Part shown: piece after piece, positions 10,601 through 23,962 of the stretch
Layout of the letters: every line of letters begins with the position of its first letter
Numbering within the stretch: the first letter of the stretch is position 1
NCBI GenBank assembly: GCA_964019425.1
Contig: OZ025782.1
Location: 62,001-126,000, forward strand
From: Flectonema sp. DT1601
Lineage: Eukaryota
DNA length: 64,000 nt
Direction of reading: 5' to 3'
The notes under the pieces: generated by a model
What the model was told of the DNA's origin: nothing
The model's database searches: none
Seen by the model: the letters and a program-made list of their open reading frames with translations, nothing else
Made by a program: the position numbers and the translations under genes

Positions 10601-13600
10601 CTTGACAATTAGCATGTGTAAAGTGAGTATCACAAACACATTGCTTATTCGCATCGCAATCTCCGGCACCCGAACAGTTTAAATGTCTCGTACAGGGAAC
10701 CGAACAATCGCTGTTATACCATCCCTTCTCACATATGCATCCTTGACCATCTGCTGAACAGTTACCGTGACTAGAGCAGTTTGCGTCAGGAGAGCAATAA
10801 ATTTCACAGTTCGTACCGAGGTAGAAGTCGGCACATCTATCACAGAAATCACCTGTGAAGCCAACATCACAAATACACTTCTCTCCCGTGTTTGTGCAAT
10901 TACCCCTGTCATTACAAGTATCAACCCTTGTACATGAAATATTACACACAGCTGGGGGATAATAGTCAACTTGACAAACTGAACAAGTACTTCCATCCCA
11001 GAATCCACTGTCGACGCTGCTGTCACAATCACAGGATCCGTCACCAGTACAGTTGCCGTGGTTGCTGCAAGTGTCAGCAGTGCATTGAACGCTACAGTTA
11101 TTAGGAGGAAACCAATCTGGCATACACTCATCACAAGTGGTACCTATGAAGTTACCAGTGAACCCTCTAGCGATGGTATCACAAATACAGTTGGTACCCA
11201 GACCTGCGATATCTAACTGATTACAAATACCATTTCCATTACAAGTAGCTGCTCTACTACAAGGAATATCACATCCGTTTACTGTGTAAGGACCAACCCA
11301 ACCATCATTACAAGAACAGTTAGCAGGGTATCCGTTGTTATCGAATACACATGTTCCATGACTAGAGCAATTCTTATCACCTGTACAAGTTTGATTACAC
11401 ACACCAGGTGGGTAGTTAGGAGGGGCACAGAAGTGACAAGTCGGACCTCCAATACCAGGAGGGCACACACAGTTGCCTTCACTATCACATGTTCCACCGT
11501 TACATATATATGGAGTACATCTCTTACTACAGTTAGTTGCTGGAGTGTAATATGTGTCAGCGCAGATGTCGCACTTATCTCCCATCCAGTTTTCATCACA
11601 AACACAAGTTCCCGGCGTTGAACTGTCATTACTACACTTTCCATGAGATGAACAATTGTGTTCTGGTGTACAGAATACATTACACTGTCCTTCAGGGTAT
11701 AGACACGGACCTGTATAACTAACCCCCGCAGGGGGAGAAGAAACAGGACAATTGGCACACAAAGAGCAGTTTGCATTATTTTGTGCTATCGGAAGACGAT
11801 TGTCAGCACACTGATCACAACGAGCTCCTGCAAACCCGGGAAGACATTCACAAGCGAATGTTGAACAAACACATACGTTTAATGTTTCACACTCAGCAGG
11901 AATAGTAACATCAATATCTTGTTGTACTTGTTGCCCGAAGATATCTGTCGCTCTAACAGCCATACGGTAGATCGTTCTCGCTAAGAACTCTTGTGTAATT
12001 CGTGTTGGGTCTTTTGCTACAATCTTGTTTCCTTTAAAAGTAAACCTTTGACTTGCACCTCCATCGGGTAATGCGTAATCAGTAATTCTTAAACAAGATC
12101 CGTTTGCAATAACTTCACCAAAAACTGATTCCTGAACGATGCTGTTATACCAGTCGTGGTCGTGGTCACATGGTAGCCAGTTCAAGTCAAAACAATTATC
12201 AAGACAAGTAAAGGTGACAGGTTCGAGAGCAAATGTAATATCAGTCATCGGAGACCAAACTCCTTGAGAATCACGTACCCTGTACTGACACATTTCTGAA
12301 ACTATAGTGCCAGTGTTCAAAGATGGGTTAGGTGTGAATGTGAAAGCACCGTTAGTTTCAAGTTTTAGTGTACTTCCTCTTTCACATAATCCACTTCCAG
12401 TTGAAGTCACAACTTTTGGATCATCACCCCAGTTAGGTCCAATCATTGCTGTTAAACTTCTCAATTCTGGAGAAAAGTCATTAGCGATAACTCCATCGTA
12501 GAACTCGTACTTCAACTCTTTTAAAACTCTGTTAGCACCCTCTCTGTGAACACCAAATACATCTTCTGCAGTTACTGGTGTTGCTGGCATTCCCCTCGTT
12601 ACATCAAACTTTCTGATGTTTCCGTACTGGACTCCGTGTTGACTTAAGTTGTACCAAGCGAGCCTACCCTTTCTCCAGGCTTTTCCCGCCTGCACTTCAC
12701 ATGCAGTGAAGTTTTGGTAGCTATTTGATTGCAAGTCTTTGCAATATTGAATTGCCTGGGCTTGGGTAACGTCAATTCTAACTTGTCCATTAATAGAAAT
12801 ACGAAGTTTATCCTCAGTGAACAATACACTGAAGGTGTACGTCTCTCCAAGAATCCAACCGTTACTGGCAGAAGCAGTGCTCTGAATTTCGAAGCATCCA
12901 ACCTTCTCACGAGCTCCATCATCACAAACATATGGATCTTGAAAACACCCTCCACCATTTGGGTAATTATTACAGTTGACTGGGTGACCATCTGTTCGGA
13001 ACCAAAAACAAGCACCCTGAGCACCAGCGCAATGACCTCCAGTGTATGGAATACGACCATTAAGTAATTGAAGCATCCAATCTCCCTTATGTGGTTGACT
13101 GCCAGATGTTGGGAATCCACCCCATGAAAATAACATGCCGTCGTAGAGGTTGAGATCAGATGGGAGGGGTCCATGCATTCCAAGACCGATACCAATGAAA
13201 TCGTCGTCGTTTCCAATTTTAGTTCCGTCGTCTTGAAATTGTTCATGAACAGCAATAGTTCCTTTAATAACAACATCTATAATTGTGTCATCATCAGATA
13301 CATAGAAACCAGGATCAGGAGTGTTAACAAACTGTTCAATAGTTCTACCAGAGTTACTAATCTTCCAACGGGGAACTAAACCAGCTTGAAGCCATGAGCT
13401 CATGTCCATCCAACTATCAGCGACAACAGACTTACAAGCATTTGTTAACGTGCTGTTAATGACTTTACAAGTGTCATTTGCTTGACCAGATTGTGTGCAA
13501 GTCATAGCAGCAGTTGCAGTACCTCCAGCAGTACTACATGTAGCGATAGCTGTTCCAGTACAAGTGTACAGAGGAGCACTTGTAAGAAGAGATGTAACAT

Positions 13601-13934
13601 CATCACCAGTCTTGATTGATGAAGGGACAGGTGCCGTTGATCTAATACTACCAGTTGGTGGATTAATACTTATACAGAACTCAACACAGCTGTACATCGA
13701 AATGGTAGCAGCAACACCAGCTGTTGGACACTCTGCTGCTGTACTTCCACTACACGTGTAACCAGTCATCTCATTCACAAACGTCGCCATGTCATCACCA
13801 GCATTGATAGCTGCTGGTAATGGAGGAGTTCCTGCCAATACCGCTCCAGTGGGGAGGTCTAACCCAGTGCACTGACTCATAGCTCCATGAGCTATAAAGC
13901 TTACTACTATGACTAACCTATTTATCAACCGCAT
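7616..13934 (-). CDS. Type-I membrane protein, ~1928 aa, 7 exons (10005-13934, 9796-9933, 9551-9667, 9135-9488, 8929-9039, 8736-8852, 7616-8635): thrombospondin-C-like domain, cadherin/Ig-like modules, many EGF repeats, TM helix, repetitive cytoplasmic tail
   Basis: Signal peptide; TSP_C-like TIEQFVNTPDPGFYVS...DDDFIGIG; repeated CSSHGxC...CxC EGF units; TM WLLFLLLGLCLCLLLLAAYLL then RRKPKKKK; six GT(A/T)TGT...CAG introns join the small ORFs at 7616-9769 in frame. Confidence 0.85.
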
Positions 13935-14099
13935 TGTTGAGGTTATTCTGAATAAAGAAAATAATATTTAACTAATCCATTAAGTACAGCTAAACAATGA
14001 ATTCAGTAACCATTTCAGCTGTAAAGCTGTCGGTCCTATTCATACGATAAACGGATACTAATTCTGTTGAAGATGTTAACTCGATTCGTGACATCATTC

Positions 14100-15971
14100 T
14101 CATTGAAGAGGAGGAGGAGGAGTCATAAGACGTAGTACCTGTGGTGCTACAAACACTAAAGAATCATTCCACGACTGCGTACAATTCGAAGCGACGACCA
14201 ATAACACTGTCATGAGCGCTGCTTCCGCAGTGGCGGTTTTCAGAATTACTTTAGCTTCCGTCTGCCGAACGGCTTCCAGAATCTTTTGTGTCACACGACT
14301 CTCAGTTTCAGATCTCTGTTGATGATGAAGTTCAATATAAGTAGTGAGAACTGCACGGAATGGTAATAGTATTTGAAATGTTGGCATCTTTGGTTTGGGA
14401 GGTTTCTTAAGAGCAAAGCGAGAGAGGGCAGCCAGATTCTTAAACACTTCTGTGTTCCTATCTATTTCCTGAACCTCACGCTTCCAATCCGCGAGCTTCA
14501 CCTTCCATGCTAGTCGTTCGTTCCAAAATGACTTTCTAGCTGAACGATGTTCTGCTATTAATCGTCTCTGGATGGCATCTCTTGAAATTGTTATTAATAT
14601 CTTTCCAGATCCGGGTTTCTGTGAATCATTATTCTTACAAAATAAGTATCGAGGGATGTCATAGTGACTCGGTGAAAGTTTCTTTTTCTTGCTGCGATTC
14701 TTAATCGCGGCTTCCTTCTTTGTTTGTTGTTGTAAGTTATGCATGCGAGTACAGAAGTCATTGTAGTCGATAACATCACCAAGTTCATGATGTAACAGCC
14801 ACGACTCAACATTAGCAAATTGAAGAGTCCACAGACGAATCTTAGCAGCGTAACAATTGTACCATCTGCGAAGCAAATTCTGACAGTTCGTCATTGAATT
14901 TCTAAAAAGTCTCATCGCCAGTGTTAGTTTTGTTCTATCTTTATAATCGTATAAGAATCTCTTTATTACAGTGGTCTTGTTTGAAAGAAGTTTCCGCTTT
15001 GCCCTTTCGAGAGCACATGATACCGAATTTACAGTCACCTGTGGTATTATTTTCCTGTACACCCCTGCTCTATCCTCCTCAGGTACCGTATCTAATTGTC
15101 TTTTTCGTACTTTTCGTTGTATTTGTACGATTGCTGATACGAATGAGAAAGTTACTTGTTGTGCCGCAGCCTTCTCACACTTGTTTACGTGGATGAAGTG
15201 CATGACGCTAGATTTCAGTACGAATAACACAGACCACATTTGGGTTTGCTTAGTTCGGTTTTTCTGATCGATTTTAAGCTTTTCGGCGTTGGCGAATTTT
15301 TGCTTTGAAGTCAGGTATTCGCGGAGTTTTACAATTTTGATCGCGTTGCATATCTCAGCAACTTTTGCATTGTGAGCAGCCCTACAATATGGTTGTCTTT
15401 CTAGACGTTGTTTTGGAGGCGGAGTCGGCCGGTTGCTCTCCGCAAGTACTGCCGTCTCCCTGCAGTGCTGTAGTAGTTCATCTTTTGATAGGGATCTTAA
15501 ATATTCAATTTTCTGACGAACCAGTTGTGAAGCACAAGACTCACCTGATGAAGATTCAAAGTGTGTCTGCCGCGATGGTTTTGTACTCGTCATTACTTTA
15601 CTTACTTTGCGGGGGACTTGCTGGCTTAGTTTTGCGTAATTAAGACCGCGGTATATCCCATAGCTCGATTCTCTCAAATTATTAATTTGAACCATTAAGG
15701 AAGCTGAACCTATTGTTTGAGGATCAATGTCGGGGTAGAATGATTCGTACGTTTCTGAAGTATCAATATGTTGACTGAGCTCTAGTTGTTCAGCAGCTGA
15801 CAAGTTATTGTCAAATCGTTCTCGTGGCTCTCCGAGGAGGACTCTTCCATCTTCACTTACATCAGCACCACACGTTAAGTAACCACTTTGAATATAACTC
15901 GTATGATTTGTTCCTACAGTTCCTGCTATTGATGGTAGGAATCTAACAGTGTTCTCTGTTGTTCGCGACAT
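14100..15971 (-). CDS. Hypothetical basic, helical protein with an IQ-like motif
   Basis: Open frame of ~620 aa; AIVQIQRKVRK resembles an IQ motif; no enzyme motif recognised. Confidence 0.7.
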   Translation of the reverse strand: MSRTTENTVRFLPSIAGTVGTNHTSYIQSGYLTCGADVSEDGRVLLGEPRERFDNNLSAAEQLELSQHIDTSETYESFYPDIDPQTIGSASLMVQINNLRESSYGIYRGLNYAKLSQQVPRKVSKVMTSTKPSRQTHFESSSGESCASQLVRQKIEYLRSLSKDELLQHCRETAVLAESNRPTPPPKQRLERQPYCRAAHNAKVAEICNAIKIVKLREYLTSKQKFANAEKLKIDQKNRTKQTQMWSVLFVLKSSVMHFIHVNKCEKAAAQQVTFSFVSAIVQIQRKVRKRQLDTVPEEDRAGVYRKIIPQVTVNSVSCALERAKRKLLSNKTTVIKRFLYDYKDRTKLTLAMRLFRNSMTNCQNLLRRWYNCYAAKIRLWTLQFANVESWLLHHELGDVIDYNDFCTRMHNLQQQTKKEAAIKNRSKKKKLSPSHYDIPRYLFCKNNDSQKPGSGKILITISRDAIQRRLIAEHRSARKSFWNERLAWKVKLADWKREVQEIDRNTEVFKNLAALSRFALKKPPKPKMPTFQILLPFRAVLTTYIELHHQQRSETESRVTQKILEAVRQTEAKVILKTATAEAALMTVLLVVASNCTQSWNDSLVFVAPQVLRLMTPPPPLQ

Positions 15972-16670
15972 TATCAATTGCAGTCATTAACTTAATACAA
16001 CTTGTTAAAAAGGAATTAATAATTTACCCATTACGTTCTTTAGTGCAGATGGACAAGTCGGATACGTACTCTGCAACTGGAATAGGTCTCCTCGTTTTTT
16101 TGTTTTTTGTTTTCTTTCTATGTTTTTTTTTTTTTTTTTTTTTTTTTTGTTGTAGATCGGCTTGCACCAACTACATAAACAAACGAATAAATCTTACAGA
16201 CAGTTTTCGTGACGAGTATTGTAATATTGTAAGTTGAAAATCAATGAGCTGTTTTTTTTTTTTTTTTTTTCCTTTTTTTTTTCCTTTTTGCTCTTTTTCA
16301 TTATCGTTTTTGGATTGTTGAGAATTGAACCAGGCCAAGCCATCAGTTCTGTAACACAAGGCTATGATGGCTATAGGGCGCCAAAGGCCAGGCAGATTCG
16401 CAAAAAAAGAAGAGAAAAAAAAAAAACTGGGAGAAATTACAAGAAAAAAAAAAAGAAAAAGAAAGAAAGAAAAAAAAGCTGCTACTACACGTATCGCACT
16501 TAGTCCGTGTCATTATTTAATGAACATTCCGAACCCCCTTCTTTTTTTCTTTTTTTTTGTCATGTTTTTAGCTTTTTTTTCTTCTTTTTTTTTCTACTTC
16601 AAGTCGTTTCTTTGTCTCTTGAAGGGTATCAAAGAATTAGTATCTTCCCTTACACACTCATTGGGAAGTA

Positions 16671-16704
<34 letters not shown>

Positions 16705-17329
16705 AAAAAAAAATAAGGCAAACTCACGAAATCACGTTCCTACCTCCAGAGGTGGAGGAGCTGTTGCTTCCACTCCAGACCTGTTTTCACTGTTTGCCCT
16801 GCTCGTAAGGTTTTTTTTTTTTTTTTTTTTTAAAAAGAGCAACACACCTGCTATTTGACAGGTACATTGCACTACAGATTATTAGTTTAGCCCCGAATCC
16901 AGAACCAGAATGAATAAGATGAAAGTGATAGTAGTTATTATAAACAATTTTCCTATTACGTTTAATAGGTTGAAAGCACAATGCTACGACAGCATTCTTT
17001 TTTTTTTTTTTTGGAGACCCTCGGGTCGCCCTTGCTTATAGTAGTGTTGAAATTACTCATAGATTCCCCGCTACAGAATTACAATAATAATCACACATCA
17101 GTGCAGTTCATTGTATGCGTTGACGTTTTTTTTTTTTTTCCACTGAGCCTAGTGGCCACGGTAGAGTTGTACCAGTAACGCAAAAATACGAAGAAATTCT
17201 CGCGAAAAAAAAATCGGTGAAAATAATTCAGCGAAAAGATCCAAACGGGGGAAGTATAAAGGTAAATAGACAACAATAGATCATAATTATATCAATTTGG
17301 TTCTTCAGTGCACTTAAACAACTCAGAGT

Positions 17330-17689
17330 TTAGGCAAGTTGAGATGATACGTCTTCTGGAAGCTCGACTTCGAGATCCTGGAGCTCAGCTGTGAGTTGAA
17401 TTTGACAAGAGAGTCTGCTCGTGTCTCTCGGTTCGAGTGCCATGTCCAGCATGTCTTCTTCGTCTTCACTTCTTCCAGGGATCTTATCAAAATATTTGTC
17501 TGAGATATAACAATGGCAAGTACTACATGCGCAAGCACCATCACATGCGGCTTCGATATCTAGGCCCGCTCCCTTCATTGCTTCCATTAATGTTTGTCCA
17601 ACTTCACCCTCAACAACAACAGTTTCCTTGTCGGCAGTTACCACGTTGATTCTTGTCTTGGCAAGACGGACGAAAGTTCTTCTGAACAT
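17330..17689 (-). CDS. Mitochondrial adrenodoxin-type [2Fe-2S] ferredoxin (FDX/Yah1 family)
   Basis: ACDGACACSTCH, EEDMLDMA, SRLSCQI motifs; short presequence MFRRTFVRL. Confidence 0.95.
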   Translation of the reverse strand: MFRRTFVRLAKTRINVVTADKETVVVEGEVGQTLMEAMKGAGLDIEAACDGACACSTCHCYISDKYFDKIPGRSEDEEDMLDMALEPRDTSRLSCQIQLTAELQDLEVELPEDVSSQLA

Positions 17690-18479
17690 TTTGTTTTGTT
17701 TTGTTTTGTTGTTTCTTTTTTTTTTTTTTTTGAGATCTAACGCAAATAATGATTATATAACATTCATTCTTTTTTCTTTTTTTTTTTCATACAATAAACT
17801 GCTGTCATTCAATTGTCCTGATCCATCAAACTGATAAAAGTAAAATAACTAATACTCTTATGGTACGTGAAATCATCTGCTTTCAAACTGAAAGTGTTAG
17901 TGCACCGAAATCGTAAACCGCAATTATTTTCTTTCGTCTTCATAAATACGGCTAGCTGTAATCTACTAACCCACCTCACAGAATTCAAAATGAGTAAGCA
18001 ATTTTTAAAATAATTATTCTCTCGTTTGGTATTTTTTTTCTTATCAAAAGTGCATGGTAAGATGCGGCTAACTAATATTTTTTGCTCACCGCATTCACTT
18101 TTGAATGTTCTTTCTGATTTTTGCGGCAATAAACTTATCCTGTTGTGAATTCCTGATTGAAGAGTCTAGGACATTTTTTAAAAAAAAAAAAAAATTAAAA
18201 AAAAAAAAAAGGTCAAATTAAACTTCTGGCAAGAAGTTATTTTCAACAAACACACATTAATTTCAGGTTTTAACCTGGGTGACTTTTGTGGGACAAATTC
18301 TTGCAAAAATAAACTTGTCGTTAAACTATTTTGTGAACATATTAAAAAAAAAAACAAAAAAAGAAGAAAAACTAAGAACCGAATATAATAAAAAATAATA
18401 ACAACAAGTGGATGGAAACTTTTATTTTTTTTTTTTGAAATAAGAAAACCATCATTCCAAACTGATAAACCACAGTTAT

Positions 18480-19565
18480 CTATCCCATATTACCGTCAGT
18501 CATTGGACAACAACAATATCCATCACGGTCTTTTCCTGTGTCAGATTCCCAGTGTCGGTACTTACGCTCCCAATGCCAAAAGTAAACAGTTAAAAAACCG
18601 ACTACAGGAACGGAAAGAAATAGCCATGTACAGCACATGTGAAGCCACAGTTCATCTCTTTGTATGTCTGTGAGCTCTAAAAAATCTTCAGACTCACTCT
18701 TAGAGTATTCTCCCACTATAAAAACATTACTCTTTAACAACCCATTACGAACATGACTCTTCATGTAAGATTCAATGTATTCAGAAATCTCAAGAAGGCG
18801 AATATATGCCAGGTTACCATCCCACCCACACTTAATAAAGTCGACTGGTTTACTAGTAGTCTTTTGAGAACAGCCAACGTAGATAGGCGGGTTAAAAAAA
18901 CAATTTGGGTTTCTATTTAGTACCTTCGCAGCTGCATAGGTCCATCCCCAGGATGTTTTTGATCTGTAGTCGTCAGTTTCAGAGACGTACCAACCCTCAT
19001 CTAAGAATTGTATAAATCCTGATTGGTTGGATTTAGAAAACGTCATCTCTGGAGTAACTGAACAAGAAATTGCAATTTCTTTGTGATCAACTGCTCGTTG
19101 AGCAAGTTCGTACCTTCTCCAGTGTGGAGTGGGATCTTCTACAGATATGGCTAACATGATTCCAAGTAGTATTAATCCTAGAGATAGTGATTCCATGATA
19201 ACGAAGTGTGATCCCCAGTGACGGTCACCTACAAGTTGGCACACTGAGATAATAACAAAAGAGAATCCACACCAACCAATACCTCCACCAGCCCACGTAT
19301 AAGCGTGAATCGATGTGTAAAATTGATTTGCCTGATCGTCAGATTCCCATGCAGCACCCCGACCCACAGCCTCAATAATAACAAAGTGAAGAGCCAACAT
19401 CACACTGTACCAAAACCACACAGACACCAACCATATGGTGGTGCGGGTGCCTCTGTGCATTTTGGTTTTGCTTGCTGCCATGAATAAATATAACGGATAA
19501 TAACACTCAACAAAATGACTACTTTTAATGATGAGTAATGTCATCTCTGTAAGGGAACTATTCAT
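18480..19565 (-). CDS. Hypothetical multi-pass membrane protein
   Basis: 361 aa ORF; three N-terminal hydrophobic segments, large loop, one C-terminal TM; start codon uncertain. Confidence 0.7.
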   Translation of the reverse strand: MNSSLTEMTLLIIKSSHFVECYYPLYLFMAASKTKMHRGTRTTIWLVSVWFWYSVMLALHFVIIEAVGRGAAWESDDQANQFYTSIHAYTWAGGGIGWCGFSFVIISVCQLVGDRHWGSHFVIMESLSLGLILLGIMLAISVEDPTPHWRRYELAQRAVDHKEIAISCSVTPEMTFSKSNQSGFIQFLDEGWYVSETDDYRSKTSWGWTYAAAKVLNRNPNCFFNPPIYVGCSQKTTSKPVDFIKCGWDGNLAYIRLLEISEYIESYMKSHVRNGLLKSNVFIVGEYSKSESEDFLELTDIQRDELWLHMCCTWLFLSVPVVGFLTVYFWHWERKYRHWESDTGKDRDGYCCCPMTDGNMG

Positions 19566-20280
19566 ATAAAATGGAACTTTTTCATACTAAAAGTGAGAAC
19601 AGTCCATCAAGAATAACAAAAGGGATTACAAAATGAGTAAATCTCATCTCAGGAAGGGAAATACAAAAGAACGAAGAACTAAATCACCACCAGATTAGAG
19701 AGCATCTGTAAAGCGGATTGAACTGTTTGATGGTAGTCGTGGTTCTTTTCTTTGAGGGTCGGAAACCTTGTTTCCGACGAAAAGGAATTCCCAATAACCA
19801 CATTAAGCTTACTTTATTCAAAGCAGAAAACTTTCGTGTGATTTATTCATTACTAGAATACTTCTTCTGCGTGGATGACAGTAATTTATATTTCAAAAAA
19901 AAGAAACTTTTTCGCGATGGACCGCTAGTTCGAACATTTTTTTTTTTTTTTTTTTTTTTTTCACAAACAAAAAATGCCGTGACGTAAAAAGATTAAAGGA
20001 AAAGTACAAAGAGAAACAATACAAAGGAAATAAAAAAGAGGGGAAAGACGACATCATTACCGATATAGCGAAGAATTAATTTTCATTGAAAACAACCTTG
20101 GGATGGGCTGCTTCCTTAGTCGTAAACACTTTTCACCTTTCCAAAAGACTGATAGAAAGGGATGCCATAAAAAACGAAATTTCTTACAAAAACAAAGTGA
20201 GCACCTCATGAAAGCCCAAGTGAACGATTCGATAAATAGCTAAAAATAATAAAACGAAACCCAACTCGCTGAAAACACGT

Positions 20281-21647
20281 TCACACATTCCTTCGAGAAG
20301 GTGTTCCCTGCCGACTACTACTACGAGTAGGTGTACAAGGGCTGCTAATAGTGGGCTTCACAAACCTTCGAAGAGGTGACGAAGACTGTCTGGAAGCAAA
20401 TGTAGTTGTCGGTGATGATGTTCGTACTCTGTTAATAGAACGAGGTGTAGTGTTACCTCCACCGCAGTTATTAAAGATACGACGGAATGGCGACTCAGAA
20501 GCGCGGGAAACATGAGTTCGGCTACCAGGAGATCCATTTCGAGCAGGAGATCCGTTTCGAGCAAGGTAAGGAGAAGGGAAAACTTCTTGAGCAGAAGTTG
20601 ACTGACTGAGAAGCAGACATTGGACACCAACAGAACGAACCGCCCAACAGGGTTTCAGAACGTGCTCTGTACACCCAGGCATCTTAATAACCGAAGGAGG
20701 GCTAGCCAGTACTGGTCTCGGATTGGTTTTACCTTCCTCAGCAGGTGGGGTCACTTGTTCAATGTCGCTGTTGGGTTCTCGTTCTCTTCTTACCGAAGTA
20801 GGAGTAGAGCGACCGGTGCTGTTACTCCGACGTTGTGAATTTAAAACTCTTCTAAGACGAGTGTTGTCTTGTTCTACTTCGGCTTGCTTTTCTAATTTAG
20901 ATCGGAGAATAGCTATTTGAGCATTCAGCTGTCTGGCTGGCTCAGACTCAGGTCGATCAGATCCCCATAACAGTGATGCTGCTTCTGTTACAATACAATG
21001 AAGAGTGTGAAACTCAGAATTTAAACTATCTATTCTAAACCTTGCGATCTCTGCATCTGGTGTTCCCGGTGTTGAGTGTAGAGATCCAGAAGGTGAAGAA
21101 GACCTCGACATTGCTAAGTTAGTATCTCTCTCGCTTGGATGTATGGCTGTTCTCAGTGAAACAGCTAACTTTTTAATGAGAGCCGCAGTGTTGGTGACAT
21201 TCTTAATACAATCCTGAAGTAATAAGTCTTTTTCTACATATTTGGTTCTCCATCCTGTGCATTGATCTTCAAGGGTATCTTTCTCACCTCGCTGTCTATC
21301 AATTTTACGAGAGAGTTGAATAGTGAGTTCTCTCATTTCAGATCCTTCTCTCTCTAGGGTTTCAATTCTCTTTTTTAAGTCTTCAATAGTTTCAGGAGGC
21401 TGTGATTAGATAATTAACAACTCTAAACGACTAACGGTTGAACGCTACCAGTAGACACATACCTGACTACTCTGATTCGCAGCTGCATGTAGATTGCCTA
21501 TCATTGTGTTGGCAGCGAGATCCTGCGTGGTATTTGTTGTTATTTGACACTAATATTTGTGTTAAGTCTCAGTAAACGGAAATAAATACAAACCTCCTCA
21601 CCTCTACTTGCTTCCTCTATAGCAGCCACCGCGTCGGCAACTGACAT
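20281..21647 (-). CDS. Coiled-coil protein with Ser/Pro/Arg-rich tail, 3 exons (21594-21647, 21463-21522, 20281-21399)
   Basis: Introns GTTTGT..GCAG and GTATGT..ACAG extend the 351 aa ORF in frame to ATG 21647 (MSVADAVAAIEE...). Confidence 0.75.
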
Positions 21648-21946
21648 TGTTTTTTATGTTATCAGTTTAGGTGTGGGTTGCGACTGAAGGAAAGAAAAAT
21701 GGATGCTTACAGAAATAATGTTTTTATATTAAAAACGATGTTTTTTTTTTTTTCACATATATTTTTTTTTTGATCTGGAAAAAAAGATATCCGTACGTAG
21801 TCAGATGTCGGAAGGCATTCACTCAGACGCAATGTCGTTACTATTACTTAGTTTCTTTTTGTTTTTTGTAGACGCACCGAATAAGGAAATTCTTGTCATT
21901 GCTCACATCTTCGCATGAAAAGACTTCGAAGATGAATGAATGACGA

Positions 21947-22165
21947 TCATAAATGTACCTGAGCACTGTAATGCTCTCTCTCTCGTCTCCTAAATCTTTT
22001 CAGGCTTCTCGTTTTCATTGCATCGACTGTCAGATATTCTTGAGGTTTCTCATGCGTACCTCCTATTGGTTTTGGTAAATTATCAAGTCTTTTGAACCTA
22101 TTTCCTCCTGTCATATTCATCGGTGCACGAGGTATGGCAGCGAGACACACAGCAGTGCGCAACAT
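21947..22165 (-). CDS. Small basic protein, probably mitochondrial (72 aa)
   Basis: MLRTAVCLAA presequence-like start, Arg/Lys-rich C-terminus; TTTCAG acceptor upstream. Confidence 0.6.
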   Translation of the reverse strand: MLRTAVCLAAIPRAPMNMTGGNRFKRLDNLPKPIGGTHEKPQEYLTVDAMKTRSLKRFRRREREHYSAQVHL

Positions 22166-22360
22166 AGTTATTAACAAATTAATTAAAAAAAAAAAAAACT
22201 GAAATGAAATGAAAAAAATGTTTTTAAATATTTGAGAATTCATTTTTATTATTTTTTTTTAAATGCTGAAAAATCACAGCGAGTTTTTTGAACAAAAATA
22301 TAATAATAATTCAATCGCTGTGTCCAATTAAAGCCTACAGTTCAGCTTATTTTGATACGA

Positions 22361-22954
22361 CTACTTGGGTCCTACATATCCATCGAAAGGTGGGCTCTCC
22401 ATAGGCTGACCTCCTTGGCGAATATATTGCTGTTTTTTTTTTTTTTTTTTTTTTTTTTTTCCTCCAATTAATTAACTTGCTTTTTTTTATGTAGTTGGGA
22501 TATCGCAAAATCCAAATTGGATACAAATGAAACAGACCTTTCTTACTTTATCATTTTGTTCTTTTATTTTATTCGCTCTCTGTTTATCCCCTATTGACTT
22601 CCTCCACATTGCTGCGATTCCGATTGGCATAAGTGACACAGCACTTCCCACTGCAGTTCTTCTTAGCATTTCAAAGACGTGAAAAAGTTTACTTTTCACT
22701 GGGTTACGAAAAAAGAAGTACAACCCATAAGTAGAACCACAAACAAAACTTGCATTAAGAGAATGTGTGAAAATTGGATCGTTCCATGTTCGAGTTCTTG
22801 ACATCATGTGTTGGAATTTCATTCCGTCTGCAGTACCATCTTTATAACCGTAATAACTCTCTCCTAGTGCTGTTCTTCTTTCTGATGATAATTTCGCTTG
22901 CCTATCAGATTCCCTTTGATACTCATTGACTATATTGTCTGATGGAGTGCTCAT
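22361..22954 (-). CDS. Small two-TM membrane protein, 2 exons (22538-22954, 22361-22429)
   Basis: Intron GTCTGT...poly(A)CAG (22430-22537) gives in-frame end QYIRQGGQPMESPPFDGYVGPK*. Confidence 0.7.
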
Positions 22955-23137
22955 TATTATACGATTCGGGGAGATTACTGTTATGAAGAAACAAAAATAA
23001 AAAAAAATAAAAAATTCAACAAACAGCGATCATTAATAATAATAAACAGATTGAAGTCGCATGGGTTCCTTGTGCAGGAACTTTTTTTGTATTTTGCAAA
23101 AGTAGTCTTTTTTTTTTTTTTTTTTTTTTTTTTTGCA

Positions 23138-23486
23138 GAGCTCTTCGATCACATTTACCGTTGCTTTGATTGTCGTATATTAAGTAAAGTCAGATTTGAA
23201 AGAATAGAGACGCGTCCTGTTGTGCAACCTTTTAGGAGATCACAAAACAATTATTATTATTATATCCCTCCCTTCTTTTTTTTCTTAATAGTTATGGAGC
23301 TCTTTTCGCTCATATTACCTTTGCCTTGATTATCGTATTCTTGCTTTAATCAATTATTAGTAAAGCTGTGTGTGACTTTACGAAAAGAGTCAGATTTGAA
23401 GAATAGAGACGCGTCCTGTTGTGCAATCTTTTAGGATCACAAAACAATTATTATATCCCTCCCTTCTTTTTTTTTTTAATAGTTAT
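23138..23486. repeat. Imperfect intergenic tandem duplication (two units of ~160-190 bp)
   Basis: AGTCAGATTTGAA...GACGCGTCCTGTTGTGCAA...ATCCCTCCCTTC at 23188 and 23388; GAGCTCTT... starts at 23138 and 23297. Confidence 0.85.
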
Positions 23487-23962
23487 GCAAAAAAAAAAAG
23501 AAATTACATACAAATTACGAAGTAGTCGAACAACAACAAAAAAAAATAAAATAAAATAAATAATAATAATAATAATAATAACCAAAAAGAACCAAAAATA
23601 AATTAAACAAAACAAAAAAAATGCCAAACAAACAACAAAAGCAATAAAATTTATTATTAAAATAGCATTTTGACTCAAAGTACGCGCCGGACACGTGTCT
23701 AACCAAGACCTCTATAAGTCTAGAAGTAAAAAAAAAAAAAAAAAAAAAATAGAAATGGTCAGCCTCGTATATCTCACAACAATAACATTTGAACTTAGTG
23801 TTCGGGGCTGCTACAGCGCACCCGCTTACTTCGGAAAGACTTTTAATCACTTAATACTTTATGATTTGTAACATAGACTAACAGACAGGAATACCATCGT
23901 CGCTACACATGAATATTATAAAGGAACCAGAATGAATAAGTTATCACTCCAGTTTTTTGGTC

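Noticed and set aside
16171..17276. Short ORFs rich in poly-Phe or poly-Lys here and at 137-319, 6320-6700, 23051-23850, 31324-31680, 34477-36692, 51196-52523, 60179-61185
   Set aside because: Products of homopolymer A/T tracts in intergenic DNA; no protein motifs.
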